This document shows, one piece after another, positions 1 through 10,986 of a stretch of DNA of 64,000 nucleotides. This DNA comes from an uncultured Planctomycetota bacterium (lineage in GTDB: Bacteria > Planctomycetota > Planctomycetia > Pirellulales > Lacipirellulaceae): NCBI GenBank assembly GCA_963719315.1, contig CAVRBU010000002.1:928001-992000 (forward strand), given 5' to 3'. The position numbers and the translations under genes are program-made. Below the pieces are notes generated by a model. That model was not told the origin of the DNA, searched no databases, and was given only the letters and a program-made list of their open reading frames with translations. Each line of letters starts with the position of its first letter. The first letter of the stretch is position 1.

Positions 1-355
1 GGGCAAACAAATACAGCGATGGCGCTACTGGCAGCCGATCCTGGCCGGCCGTCATAGTCGTGAGCCGCTGGCCCATGCGAATTGAGTCGGGCAGGTCGGC
101 GCCGCGCCGCTCGGATAGCTTGGGCTTGTAGTCGAACAGGTCCATCTGCGATGGCCCGCCCGATTGAAAGAGGTAGATCACGCGCTTCGCTTTGGGTGCG
201 AATTGCGGAAAGCCCGCCACGCCGACTGCTGCGGATGCGCCGGGGGCTTTTTCTGCTAACAATGTGGTCAGCACGGCGCCGGAGAGCCCAAACCCGGCTT
301 GCGCGAGAAACATTCGTCGCGGAATCGACGCTGAACGATCACAAAAACAGGTCAT
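1..355 (-). CDS. DUF1501-family protein, N-terminal part (runs off the window)
   Basis: Manual translation (not in ORF track): MTCFCDRSASIPRRMFLAQAGFGLSG...APKAKRVIYLFQSGGPSQMDLFDYKP, a Tat-like RRxFL leader plus the typical DUF1501 N-terminal motif. Confidence 0.85.
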   Translation of the reverse strand, partial: MTCFCDRSASIPRRMFLAQAGFGLSGAVLTTLLAEKAPGASAAVGVAGFPQFAPKAKRVIYLFQSGGPSQMDLFDYKPKLSERRGADLPDSIRMGQRLTTMTAGQDRLPVAPSLYLFA

Positions 356-547
356 CGCAACGGCCCTTTCCATTCCTATGATACAACACTCAAGGCGGAA
401 AGTATCTCATTCACCCTGTTGTGAGCGGCCTAAGACTTGGCGAACGAGGTCGGTGTGGTCGAGTGCGGAGAATAGTCCGCAAGTCATTCTGTTATAATAA
501 CGCCCGCTACCAAAGCTCGCCGAGGTTCGATAATCGGAGGTTAATTA

Positions 548-1423
548 ATGTGCGTACCGGCTAAAACCACGCTCGTCTTTTGGGCCATTGGCTTGTTCGC
601 AGCGGCTGCACAAGCTGCGGCGGCGGCGGAACCAGATTTCGTAGTGGCGGCAATGCGGGTCCAACCGAAACCTTGGGATAAAGCCCACAACTTCGCCTTG
701 TTGGAGCACTACGCCAAGGAAGCGGTCGCGCAAAAAGCCTCACTTGTTGTGACCTGCGAGGGATTCTTGGACGGTTACACTTCGAATCCCCATTTCGTCC
801 CCGATCTAACGCACGAAAAATTTGTCGAGAACTGTGAGCCGCTGGACGGTCCTTGGCTCCAACGGGTCGGCGAAATGGCCCACCAATTGAAGATCTACAT
901 TTCGATCGGTTTTGCCGAGCGAGATGGCGACAAGTTGCACAATTCAGTGGCTGTGTTTTCGCCCGCCGATCACATCGTTTTGCACTACTCCAAAACGCAT
1001 TGCCTGGACGAACCGTTTAACACACCGGGAAGCGCCTTTCCGGTCGCCACAACCGATGTCGGCACTCTGGGCGCGCTGATTTGCTACGACCGAAGATTTC
1101 CCGAAGTATCGCGTATTCTGGCGTTGAAAGGCGCTCAAGTCCTGCTGATCCCTGCCTATGGAACCGATGGCGAGCGGAACGAGGCCTTGCTGCGGACCAG
1201 GGCTTGGGAGAACAGCGTGTGGGTCGTGTACGTCCGGCAGAATCAGGCGCTGGTCATCAATCCGAGCGGCAAGATCATCGCTCGCGATAGGGGCAAGGGT
1301 GACGAGCTTGTTGTCGCACGGATCGACCTCGGTGGGGAAAAAGGCACCGGAGAGATTTACGAACGCCGCTCGCCAGAACTTTATCGCGAACTGATTGAAA
1401 TCGAAAAGCCCGCCAAACGATAG
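548..1423 (+). CDS. Secreted carbon-nitrogen hydrolase (nitrilase/amidase superfamily)
   Basis: Signal peptide; catalytic E (TCEG), K (YSKTH) and C (ICYDRRFPE); RTRAWEN motif; GGAGG RBS upstream. Confidence 0.9.
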   Translation: MCVPAKTTLVFWAIGLFAAAAQAAAAAEPDFVVAAMRVQPKPWDKAHNFALLEHYAKEAVAQKASLVVTCEGFLDGYTSNPHFVPDLTHEKFVENCEPLDGPWLQRVGEMAHQLKIYISIGFAERDGDKLHNSVAVFSPADHIVLHYSKTHCLDEPFNTPGSAFPVATTDVGTLGALICYDRRFPEVSRILALKGAQVLLIPAYGTDGERNEALLRTRAWENSVWVVYVRQNQALVINPSGKIIARDRGKGDELVVARIDLGGEKGTGEIYERRSPELYRELIEIEKPAKR

Positions 1424-1437
1424 AGCGGCGGAATATG

Positions 1438-2420
1438 CTAGAACCGAGCGGCTGAATTGCGGATCACTTTGTGCGACTTCTGAAAGTCGTCCCATAGTCC
1501 TTGTAGCCGTTGCGTCGACGGCAAATCCGGCGATTTCAACATGCAGTGGCGAATGTGGACCACGAACTCAGCATTTTTGGCGAAAGATCGCTCCTGCGGT
1601 CCTGGAAACAAAATGTAATCCATTGCTTTGCCCTTGATGCCCTGCGCCAGTGACGCGGCATATTGCGGCTCGATCATGACGACAGACCGCCAACCGGCGG
1701 GCGAAGCCTGGGACACCATCACGGGATGCAACCATCGGCCTACGATCTTTCCGTCGCCGCGTGGGCAACGTGGTATCGCATTCCGCTCGAGAAAGTAGGC
1801 CCCAGGATGAGTGACGTAACCATCCAGGTGAGATACGCCGCGATCGGCGAACAGCACAAGTTTCCCGGACTGGTCCCAAAACCAGAACGAATGGTCACGA
1901 TTGAGCGGCGTGTAACAGGCAAAGAACTGGAAGTACTCTTCCACGTCGTGGCCAGAGGCATTGCGGATCTTCGTTACAACGTCCCAATGCGGCGCATCGC
2001 GGTCGATCGTATCCGGCAAGATGAAAGTCTGCCGGCAATCGAAGCCGTCGATTTGGTAGGAAATCACGGCACTTCGTGGCTCTTGCGCGGCGCACGAAAT
2101 GCCACTTGAGCATAGTACCGCGGCCGACAGCTATCGCCCCACGGTTGATCTTTCCACCATTGCCACTCGCGATAATCCCAAGCACCGTCGGCATCGCTTG
2201 AATCGGTCCATCGATCGGCATTGTCGCCCGCGGGCGCCACTCGTCCGGTGCCGCGCGGATCGAATGCGAGCGTTAGCGCATTATCGCCCTTGGCGGTGTA
2301 TAGATTGAATGTCTCCGATGGAGTCGTCACCGCTGGCGGATGCTTGTCCTCGCATGCGCGGTCGCCCGACCCGATCAGCGTGAGCGCAATTGCACAAAAA
2401 AGCGTAGGATGTCTTTTCAT
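1438..2420 (-). CDS. Secreted hypothetical protein, split by one or two frameshifts
   Basis: ORFs 2064-2420 (signal peptide) and 1438-2067 overlap in different frames; the third-frame ORF 1895-2221 may carry the middle part. Confidence 0.55.
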
Positions 2421-2537
2421 GGGTACCAGTATACTCGATGGCTAGGCTGGGGAAGGGTGTAGCAACCATCATACGCATCGAAATCGCGTACAACGTAGGT
2501 TCGTTCGGGATATTCTGATAGCGAAGCCGTTGCTCGC

Positions 2538-2567
2538 TTGGCGATGATTGGCGAAGATTGGCGACGG
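2538..2567. repeat. Three tandem 10-mers (ttggcgaYga-like), one arm of the decamer palindrome family
   Basis: ttggcgatga ttggcgaaga ttggcgacgg; resembles the right arm at 27246-27275. Confidence 0.6.
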
Positions 2568-2629
2568 TCGCCGCCACTCATGAAACGTCAATTTCAGGGA
2601 TACAATCATAGATCCAGTAGGTATCAATT

Positions 2630-3921
2630 ATGCGAAACTTGCAGTACGCTCTCGGAATCGTTGGCGCGTAATGGCAGCAACGATCGCAACTGCCCGACAA
2701 CCCAACATCGTCTTTATCCTGGCCGACGACGTCGGATGCGAGGTGCTTGGGTGTTACGGCGGCTCTTCGTACCAGACCCCCAACATCGATCGGCTCGCGG
2801 CGGATGGCATCCGCTATCGGCAAGCGTATGCCATGCCAGTTTGTCATCCCACACGCATATGTTTGTTGACAGGCCAGTATCCGTTTCGGCTCGGTCACCC
2901 GGAATGGGGTAGCTTTCCCCGCGAGGTCGAATCGCGAACGCTGCCGGCCGTGCTTAAACGAGCCGGCTATGCCACGGCCGTCGCGGGCAAGTGGCAGCTT
3001 GCGCTGTTGAAAGACGACTTGGAACAACCTCATCGTATGGGCTTCGATGAATACTGCCTGTACGGCTGGCACGAGGGTCCGTGGTACTATCAGCCGCTTA
3101 TTTGGCAAAACGGAAAGCTCCGCACCGACGTTCGCGATCGTTACGGTCCCGATGTCATGTGCGACTTCTTGATCGACTTTATCGAGCGCCATAAAGACCG
3201 CCCGTTCTTTGCCTATTACCCGATGTCTTTGTGTCATGCCGAAACGAACGACCTCGACCAGCCAGCGCCCTTCGGGCCCAAAGGTCAGTACGATAACTAC
3301 GCGGAAATGGTCGCCAAAATGGACGAGCGGGTGGGGCGAGTCGTTGCAGCCCTCGAACGCTTCGGTTTACGCGAATCGACTCTGGTCGTCTACTTCTCTG
3401 ACAATGGTACCGCCGCGAAAAACCTCATCGATGCCAAAGGCAATGAATACGTTTACGAAGATGTGGTCTCGAAGATCGGCGATCGAGAGATTCGGGGCGG
3501 CAAGGCGACACTGACCGATCGGGGCACGCGAGTGCCATTGATCGTCGACTGGCCCGGAACGATCGAGCCGGGAAAAGTGTACGACGACCTAGTCGACGTT
3601 AGCGATATGCTGCCGTCGTTGGCGGACGTGGCGGCGGCCAAACTGCCCAATAGCGTGACCCTCGATGGCCATTCGTTGACGGCCCAATTGCGCAACAATG
3701 CGGTGCCGCGCGAGTGGGTGTTCGCCGAGCATAAAAGCCAATGTTTTGTCAGAAACCAGAGTTGGAAGCTTTACAATGACGGACGCTTTTACGACATGGT
3801 AGCCGACCCGGAGGAGCAGCGGCCCCTTGCGAAGGATTCGTTATCGTCGTCCGGAGCCGTCGCGCGGCAGAAACTTCAGCAAGCTCTGGACGGACTCAAT
3901 TACCAGCCACCGCCAAAGTGA
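2630..3921 (+). CDS. Arylsulfatase-like sulfatase; signal peptide separated by a frameshift near 2665
   Basis: PNIVFILADD, CHPTR formylglycine motif, GKWQL, SDNG; ATG 2630 (MRNLQYALGIVG) joins ORF 2671-3921 if one base is added. Confidence 0.9.
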
Positions 3922-3951
3922 TGGACTATCGATTGGCGATCATTGAACCGA

Positions 3952-4054
3952 GGGTGGCATGCTCTCGTGAAGCACAACATGCCCACGCTCGCGGTTAAGC
4001 GCGGCTGCTTCTCGTGAGCATGCTGGCGCGAGCGAGAGCAGAGAGCATGGCACC
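3952..4054. repeat. REP/MITE-like palindrome (gggtggcatg...catggcacc family)
   Basis: Imperfect inverted ends between convergent genes; shares acatgcccacgc with 54701-54736. Confidence 0.6.
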
Positions 4055-4078
4055 GCAAAATCTCATGTCGTCGGTGCG

Positions 4079-7000
4079 CTAGTGCTGCGTGATCGCCTCG
4101 TCCAGATTCAAGAGCATGTTGGCGATGGCAGTATATGCGGCCAGCTCTGGAGCGTCGAACGACTTGTCTCGTATTCGTTCACCCACCGCAAGCAACTTTT
4201 CGGCTTCGTCAGGATGCTCCCTGTAATGCTCGAGGTGTTGCCGGAAGGCCGACAACAGCACTTCTTTCTCGGGCGCGGTCGGCGTGCGGCTGGCAGCGAT
4301 GCGAAATGCTCGGCTGAGATGATCTTCCGGAGCGGCATCTGCCTCTTTCATCGTGCGCTCGGCAAATCCGCGCGCGGCTTCGACAAACGCAGTCTCGTTC
4401 AACAGCGTGAGCGCTTGCAACGGAGTGTTCGTCCGTTCTACGCGGACCAGACAAGTCTCGCGGTTCGGTGCATCGAACAGGGCGAGTGCTGGGAACGGCA
4501 CGGTCCGCTTCCAAAACGTATACAAGCTGCGGCGATACAATTTGTCGCCGTGATCCTGTTCGTAATTGTCGTGTGAGAGTTCCTCCCACAACCCCGCCGG
4601 TTGGTAGGGCCGCACCGACGGCCCGCCGATTTGCTCGACCAGCAACCCTCCGTCGTAGAGCGCTTGATCTCGAATCACCTCGGCCGGCAGGCGAAACCGT
4701 GGCCCGGCGCCAAGAACCGATTTTCCGGATCGGCGGCCAGCGCTTTCGGTGAAACGTGCGACGATTGCCGATAGGTGGCGCTGGTGACAATTAGTCGCCG
4801 CATTGCCTTGACGTTCCAACCGCCGTCGATCAGTTCTCGCGCCAGCCAATCGAGAAGCATCGGGTGGCTCGGCGGATCGCCTTGCGCGCCGAAGTTTTCG
4901 GCCGTTTTCACAAGCCCTGTGCCGAAAGACATCTGCCACAAGCGATTGACGATTACTCGCCCCGTCAATGGCTGGCCTGGATCGACGAGCCATTTGGCGA
5001 ATCCCAGCCGGTTCCGCGGAGCGGCGGCCGGCAGCGGCGGCAACACGGCCGGAACGCCGGGATCGACCTCCGCGCGCGGCTGATCGTACTGTCCCCGGAA
5101 TAACACGTGCGCCGGACGCCGCGCGGTCATCTCTTCCATCACCATGACGCTCGAAAAACTTTCGATCAGTTGTTGGAGCGCTTGTTCGGCGGCATGGAGA
5201 CGATTATTTGCCGCCGCGATCGCGGGCGGCGCGTGATTTGTCAAAAAGCATTCGCGCAATTTTCTCGCTTCGCCTGCCGTTCGTGCGCCCGCTGGCTGTG
5301 CGATGATTTCGCGAACGGTCTTCGGCGTCGCCAGGATCTCCACTTCCTCGGGAGTCAATTCGTCCTTGTAGGTTCGAATCTCGTCAATCCGACCATGAAA
5401 ATGGCTGGTTGGGTCGCCGCTTGCGCCAACCCACAGCGGCCCATGATTGCCAAACGATTGATACAGCGAGTCGATCTCGACATCGACACTTTGCGGAACA
5501 CCATCGAAATACACGCGCACACCCTTGGCAAAGCGCGATCCATCGACCGTGACGGCGACATGTGTCCATTTACCCACCGGAAGCCGATCCCTCGTTACGA
5601 GACGAATCGCGTCATCAATCCACTGCGCGATTAGATTTACGCGCACCCGCCCATCGCGCACCACAAGATCAATGCCTTTGGGCTTCGCTCCATCTTCCGT
5701 ACGCGACACGATTGACCCATTGCAATCCTTTTCCGGCCAAACCCAGGCGGCGAGCGTAAAACTATCGTCGGCGTCATAGTCGGCGATATCACCGGCGTTC
5801 AAATGAACCTGTTTATCGAGCGTCAGGCCTCTTCCGAGCATGCCAGTGTCGAAACAAGCTTCCCCGCCAACGCTCCGCACATCTTTTGCCTTCCCTGTCG
5901 CTTCATTCACATCGCCGTCCAACGGGAAATACAGGTCAAGTGCGCGCGTTACATTGAAGTCATCGAGCCGGCGACGATCGACCGAGCGTTCCCACGCCGT
6001 CTGCGCGCGCCCGATCTCCGGCTCTATCCGCGTCATAGCCTCGCGAACCGAATTCAGTTCGCCTTCCAGCTCTACTTGTCGGTGCGCTGTGCGCGCGTCG
6101 GAGCGGCCATGAAGGGTGGCGTATTTCCCTTTTTGCGGGCCCGGCCGTCTTCGGGGACGTTGTTGAAAAACGCGAAGAGTTGATAGAACTCGCGTTGAGA
6201 GATCGGATCATATTTGTGATCGTGGCAGCGGGCACAAATCACCGTTAATCCAAGCCAAACTGTAGCCGTCGTATCAACGCGGTCCACGACATACTCCGTG
6301 CGGAACTCTTCGGGAATCGCGCCCCCTTCGGAATTGGCCCGGTGATTGCGATTGAAGCCAGTCGCCAGCCGCTGTTCCAAGGAAGGATTGGGCAGAAGAT
6401 CTCCGGCCAATTGTTCGATCGTGAATTGATCGAAGGGCATGTTTGCGTTAAATGCCTCGATGACCCAGTCGCGCCACCGCCACATACTCACGTCGCCGTC
6501 GCTTTGATAGCCATACGTGTCGGCGTAACGTGCCGCGTTGAGCCACGGCGTCGCCATACGTTCACCGTAACGGGGAGCAGCCAGAAGGCGATCGACCAAT
6601 CGTTCATAAGAATCCGGCGCCGCATCGGCCAGGAATGCGTCGATTTCTTCCGGTGTGGGAGGCAGCCCCGTGAGATCGAGCGTTACGCGACGGATGATTG
6701 TTTCGCGATCCGCCTCTGGAGAAGGCGTGAGTCCCTCTTGCCCCAATCGCTCAAGAATGAACGCGTCGATCGGGTTTCGCACCCATGCGCTGTCGTTCAC
6801 TTGTGGCACTGCCGGCCGCTTGGGCGCGACAAACGCCCAATGCGGTTGCCATTTTGCGCCCTGCTCAATCCATTGGCGGATTCGCTCAACCTGATCGGAA
6901 GAGAGGCGGGCATGCGCCTTGGGCGGCGGCATCCGCTCCTCTTCGTCGTCAGACGTAACTCGACGAAACAGTTCGCTTTCATCCGGACGATTGGGAATCA

Positions 7001-7243
7001 CCACCCCAGGCGAGTCTTTGTCGCCGAACACGCGATCGCGCAAATCGAGCCGCAGATCGGCCTTTCGCGATTCGGCGTCCGGCCCGTGGCACTGGAAACA
7101 GTTCTCCGATAGGATCGGCCGGACATCGGCGCAAAATCGATGCTTGTCGATGCTGGCTCCGCTGCGACGACTCCAAGTATCGTTGCCAACGACCAGCCGA
7201 CGGAACCTAGTGATGCAAGAGTTTTCCGCAAGTACGCCGTCAC
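4079..7243 (-). CDS. Planctomycete cytochrome c + DUF1549 + LamG + DUF1553 protein (three frameshifts)
   Basis: ILSENCFQCHGPD heme motif, HWAFVAP, NPIDAFI, CARCHDHKYDPISQ, LamG segment, PSHPMLLDWLA, RTNTPLQAL; frameshifts near 7130, 6085 and 4708. Confidence 0.9.
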
Positions 7244-7258
7244 GGTAGCACTAAAGTT

Positions 7259-9715
7259 TCAGCGATCAACAAATTGCATGGAATAGAGCTTCGTACCGCG
7301 CATTCGAAATTCAACCTGCACGGGGCGGCCAGCGAGCGCGGAAACATCGTGTCCCTTTCCCATCCATTCTACCTCGGTGTCGATGTGATCGCCGTTGATG
7401 TAAATGCAATCATCCTCGGAAAAGCCCTCGATCGGTTTGCCGTCCTCGTCGAGCAGACCGATTTGGGCATAGCCAGCAGCCCCGGTATCGATATTCAAGA
7501 CCAACCGATTTCCTTTGAACGTCAGTGGCCGCGTCACGAGCTTGCCGCCCGTGTAGGGTGTGTCGGCGGATATGAAGCCGTCGAATCGCTGCACGACGCG
7601 AAACACCGCTTCCCTCCCGTTACGCGACCAATTCGAATGGTATTGCTCGCTGCCGAAATAGTACTGCCAGATTTCCTCGCCCCGCCGCACCATACCGTGG
7701 GCGATGTAATTCTTATGGATATCGATGCCGTCGTGCCGGCCGATCTTGATATAGGCCGGCCGCGGGTAGCGCTTCCAGTGCAAACCATCGCGGCTGACGG
7801 CGATCTGTGTTTCCAGAGTGCCCGACCCTCGGTCGCGGTCTTTTTCGCCAAGCGCTCGACGTTCCTCAGGTCCGTCTTCGTGATAGTGAAAATACATCAG
7901 TGGAAACGCCAGGTACGTGTCTGGCGCCCACGGATACTTCAAGTTTTTCGGGACGTAGATGTCCGTGGCAATGGGGTCGAAGCCGCCCATCGGCGCGAAA
8001 ATCGTTGGGTACTCGACGCCAAATCCGGCAGGAGTTAGCGGTCCGTTATCGAGGTACCACGGTATCTTGTTGCCGATTCGCCGGTGCTTCCCAATCTCGC
8101 GCTGATCTGCCTGCGTCAGCGGCTTGAATGGCCAGGGTCGCATGGGGTCGGTCGTTTCAGTCATCACGAACGATCGCTCCGTGTGCCCGCCGACCGTCTC
8201 CGGCATGTCGGATCGATGGAAAGCAACATACTTTTGCCGTTGATCGTCGTAGTAGGCAATCGATTGCGACGACGCTCGGAACGGCAGCGCGCTGGTTTCG
8301 TTCCGGCGAAAACTGTAGCCGTCCGGCGAGGTGTAGATGTAGATTCCTCGCCCTCGATAGCCGCTCAGGTATTTGAAGCGCTCGTCGGCCGGAGCGTTTG
8401 GATCAACGAATATCGTGCCCAGACCGACCGGATCCTCGATCACGATGTTTGGAGTGCGGTTGTTAGCGGGGTGCAGTTTGGGCTTCTCGAAGTGGATTCC
8501 GTCGCGCGAGGTGAGAACTGCCAGGCAATCCCCTTTCTCGCGATAATAAAGGCGGATGATGCCTTCGGCGTCTTCGAACACAACAAGGTGGCCGATAACA
8601 CCATCGAGAACGCGCTCTGCCGGCCGCGGCGGATTGACGTTGAACAACACGTTTTCGCTATTCGCCACGATGGAATCGTCGATGAACAAATACTTTCGAT
8701 TCCCCAGCGCGACCGGGTCGTTTGCAGCATGTTTGCCGGCGAATAGTAGGGGCGGCCCCGCCTGCAGCTTGTAAGGCTTGTAATCGGCCCGATTGTACTT
8801 GGAAAAACTATCCGGCGGCGTGAACTCGCTCGTATAGACCTGCTCATCGGAAATCCGAAGTTCGTCAAGCCGGCCCGGTAGCGGCCGCTGCCAGTTTCCG
8901 TCGCGTCCAATGCTAAGATAATCTTCCGTGCCGTCCGGCAGGCGTTTGAGCAAGCACTTCGCGGGCAGGGGCTGCAACTTGCCATCCACGTAATGCCGGA
9001 GTTGCCGGTTGGCCGCGTCGTACACAAATGCCAGGTGGCGCCACGATTGTGAATCGGGCGAAAGTGCGGCGGCGGCGGAAGGGATAAGCAGCCGCGTGCC
9101 GCTTGGCTGGTTCCAAAGGGTGAAGCCTTTCCGATCCGGATTTATCGACAATTGCGTTACACGATCATTCTCGCCGCGCGGTCCGCTGCCGATTTCCAGA
9201 ACGACGCCCTCCTCGTTTTTGATACGGGTCGGTTGATACCAGAACTCGACCGTCCAATCCATGTTGCCGAGATTCAGAGCTGTTTCGGTAGGGCTGGGGA
9301 AACCAACTTCCTGCCGTAAGTGCCGCTCGCCGCGGGTCATGAGCGCGCAAAAGTTGGCGTTCGACCAATCCATTGGCGGCACTTTGCGGGAAGGGTCAAG
9401 CTCCGGCCGGCGCTCGAACCCCGTATAGCGATCGTTCAGAGATAAATCGATCTTGGGCTGTTCAATTGGCTCCAGAGCCCCTGCGAATTTTCCTTCCACC
9501 AACTGGCCGCCTGAACCGATCACCAGCGGATAGTTGTTCGCCGAGGCGTCGCCCAACACACAGCTCGGGTAGAGACCGACCTGCTCGTCGAACAACCACA
9601 ACGCAACGGTCTTCCCCTGCGTTACATTCGGGATGCACACCGGCCCGAACACGGCGAACGCAACGATGACGGTCACCACACACAAGCTGCGACTTGGCGA
9701 TTGCAGTAAACTCAT
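7259..9715 (-). CDS. Secreted LamG-domain plus beta-propeller (glycoside hydrolase-like) protein
   Basis: 818-aa ORF with signal peptide; WTVEFW/WRHLAFVYD/GRLDELRIS LamG motifs; SRDG/SPDG Asp-box-like repeats; C-terminal RFDGFIS...KLYSMQF. Confidence 0.7.
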   Translation of the reverse strand: MSLLQSPSRSLCVVTVIVAFAVFGPVCIPNVTQGKTVALWLFDEQVGLYPSCVLGDASANNYPLVIGSGGQLVEGKFAGALEPIEQPKIDLSLNDRYTGFERRPELDPSRKVPPMDWSNANFCALMTRGERHLRQEVGFPSPTETALNLGNMDWTVEFWYQPTRIKNEEGVVLEIGSGPRGENDRVTQLSINPDRKGFTLWNQPSGTRLLIPSAAAALSPDSQSWRHLAFVYDAANRQLRHYVDGKLQPLPAKCLLKRLPDGTEDYLSIGRDGNWQRPLPGRLDELRISDEQVYTSEFTPPDSFSKYNRADYKPYKLQAGPPLLFAGKHAANDPVALGNRKYLFIDDSIVANSENVLFNVNPPRPAERVLDGVIGHLVVFEDAEGIIRLYYREKGDCLAVLTSRDGIHFEKPKLHPANNRTPNIVIEDPVGLGTIFVDPNAPADERFKYLSGYRGRGIYIYTSPDGYSFRRNETSALPFRASSQSIAYYDDQRQKYVAFHRSDMPETVGGHTERSFVMTETTDPMRPWPFKPLTQADQREIGKHRRIGNKIPWYLDNGPLTPAGFGVEYPTIFAPMGGFDPIATDIYVPKNLKYPWAPDTYLAFPLMYFHYHEDGPEERRALGEKDRDRGSGTLETQIAVSRDGLHWKRYPRPAYIKIGRHDGIDIHKNYIAHGMVRRGEEIWQYYFGSEQYHSNWSRNGREAVFRVVQRFDGFISADTPYTGGKLVTRPLTFKGNRLVLNIDTGAAGYAQIGLLDEDGKPIEGFSEDDCIYINGDHIDTEVEWMGKGHDVSALAGRPVQVEFRMRGTKLYSMQFVDR

Positions 9716-9938
9716 GTGGAATTTTCACTCAGGCGAAGTACGGATATGATTGCGGACCAGCCTCTCTAGATTCCCTTGGTCGACCGGTGCTGGCGCAAGC
9801 GAAGATTACCTTTGACCCTAACGGCGAAGTAGGCGGGTGTCAATTTTACTGGATTTACGGCACGTGCGCGACGTATGATCTGGTAAGTTACGGGCCCATT
9901 TCTCGTACACCACAACTAACCAAACTTGAGTTGTCGCG

Positions 9939-10979
9939 ATGTTCCAGCGAATTACCTCAGTAGCCCTGTCCCGTCCTCGCAAACAATTGTGCGGCCACAA
10001 TTATCTGCTCTTACTTGTGAGCGCAGGTTGGCTGTGGATTCTCCAAGCGGCTGCGCTATCCTCAGCGGCAATCGCAGCCGATACGTGGTCCGTGCTACGC
10101 GACAACGATCGTGGACGAATTCAAATTGATCTCGGTGGCAAGCCGTTTGCCACCTACACCTATCGCGATTCGGCGATTCCGCGTCCCTACTTCGCCAACA
10201 TCTATTCTCCCAGCGGGATCAAGATCACTCGCAATCACCCGCCGGCGGCCAATGACCCTCAAGATCACGATAAAATTCATCCTGGCATGTGGCTGGCCTT
10301 CGGCGACTTGTCCGGTGCAGACAGTTGGCGGCTGGCCGCGCCCGTTGAGCACATCCGCTTCGTTTCCGAGCCGGCTGCCAAAGGCAATACCCTAAAATTC
10401 GCCGTGGAAAACAAATACCTGGCAGCCGATCGCAAGCATGAGATTTGCCGTGAGATCTGCCAGTACACATTCCTAACTTTGCCAGACGGCGTGCTCGTTA
10501 ACTGGGACAGCGATTTTCACTCGAGCCAGGAAAGCTTCGTATTCGGCGACCAGGAAGAGTTGGGCGTAGGCGTACGATTGGCAAAGCCGATCGCTGTCAA
10601 AAGTGGTCAGGGCGGGCGCATTCTCAATAGCAACGGACAGAAAAACGAGAAAGGCGCCTGGGGCCAGCAAGCGGACTGGTGCGACTACAGCGGGACGATT
10701 GGCGATGAGTTCATAGGTATCCTACTGATGCCGCATCCCGACAACTTTCGCATGTCGTGGTGCCATGCCCGCGACACCGGATTTATGGCGATGAATCCAT
10801 TTGGAAAGAATGCGTTTACCGGTGGGGAGAAAAGTGCGATCGTTGTACCGCCTGGAAAATCGTTCCGCTTGCGATACGGCGTCCTGTTTCACTGGAACAA
10901 ACGTCCCAACGAATTCGACCCGCGGAGAGCGTACGAACAATATGTCAAGTTCGCAACCAAATCGCCGGGAGCCGAATGA
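9939..10979 (+). CDS. PmoA-like/DUF6807 family secreted protein
   Basis: RPYFAN, DHDKIHPGMWLAFGD, FGDQEELG, WCDYSG, WCHARDTG...NPFG, LRYGVLFH. Confidence 0.75.
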   Translation: MFQRITSVALSRPRKQLCGHNYLLLLVSAGWLWILQAAALSSAAIAADTWSVLRDNDRGRIQIDLGGKPFATYTYRDSAIPRPYFANIYSPSGIKITRNHPPAANDPQDHDKIHPGMWLAFGDLSGADSWRLAAPVEHIRFVSEPAAKGNTLKFAVENKYLAADRKHEICREICQYTFLTLPDGVLVNWDSDFHSSQESFVFGDQEELGVGVRLAKPIAVKSGQGGRILNSNGQKNEKGAWGQQADWCDYSGTIGDEFIGILLMPHPDNFRMSWCHARDTGFMAMNPFGKNAFTGGEKSAIVVPPGKSFRLRYGVLFHWNKRPNEFDPRRAYEQYVKFATKSPGAE

Positions 10980-10986
10980 GTCGGTG

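Noticed and set aside
9811..9824. tgaccctaacgg resembling the tRNA-Glu 3' end (possible att site)
   Set aside because: Only about 12 nt with a mismatch, 40 kb away and with no integrase; compatible with chance.
9939..10979. Methane monooxygenase from the PmoA-like family name
   Set aside because: This is a soluble secreted protein with no pmoB/pmoC nearby; the family label does not imply methanotrophy.
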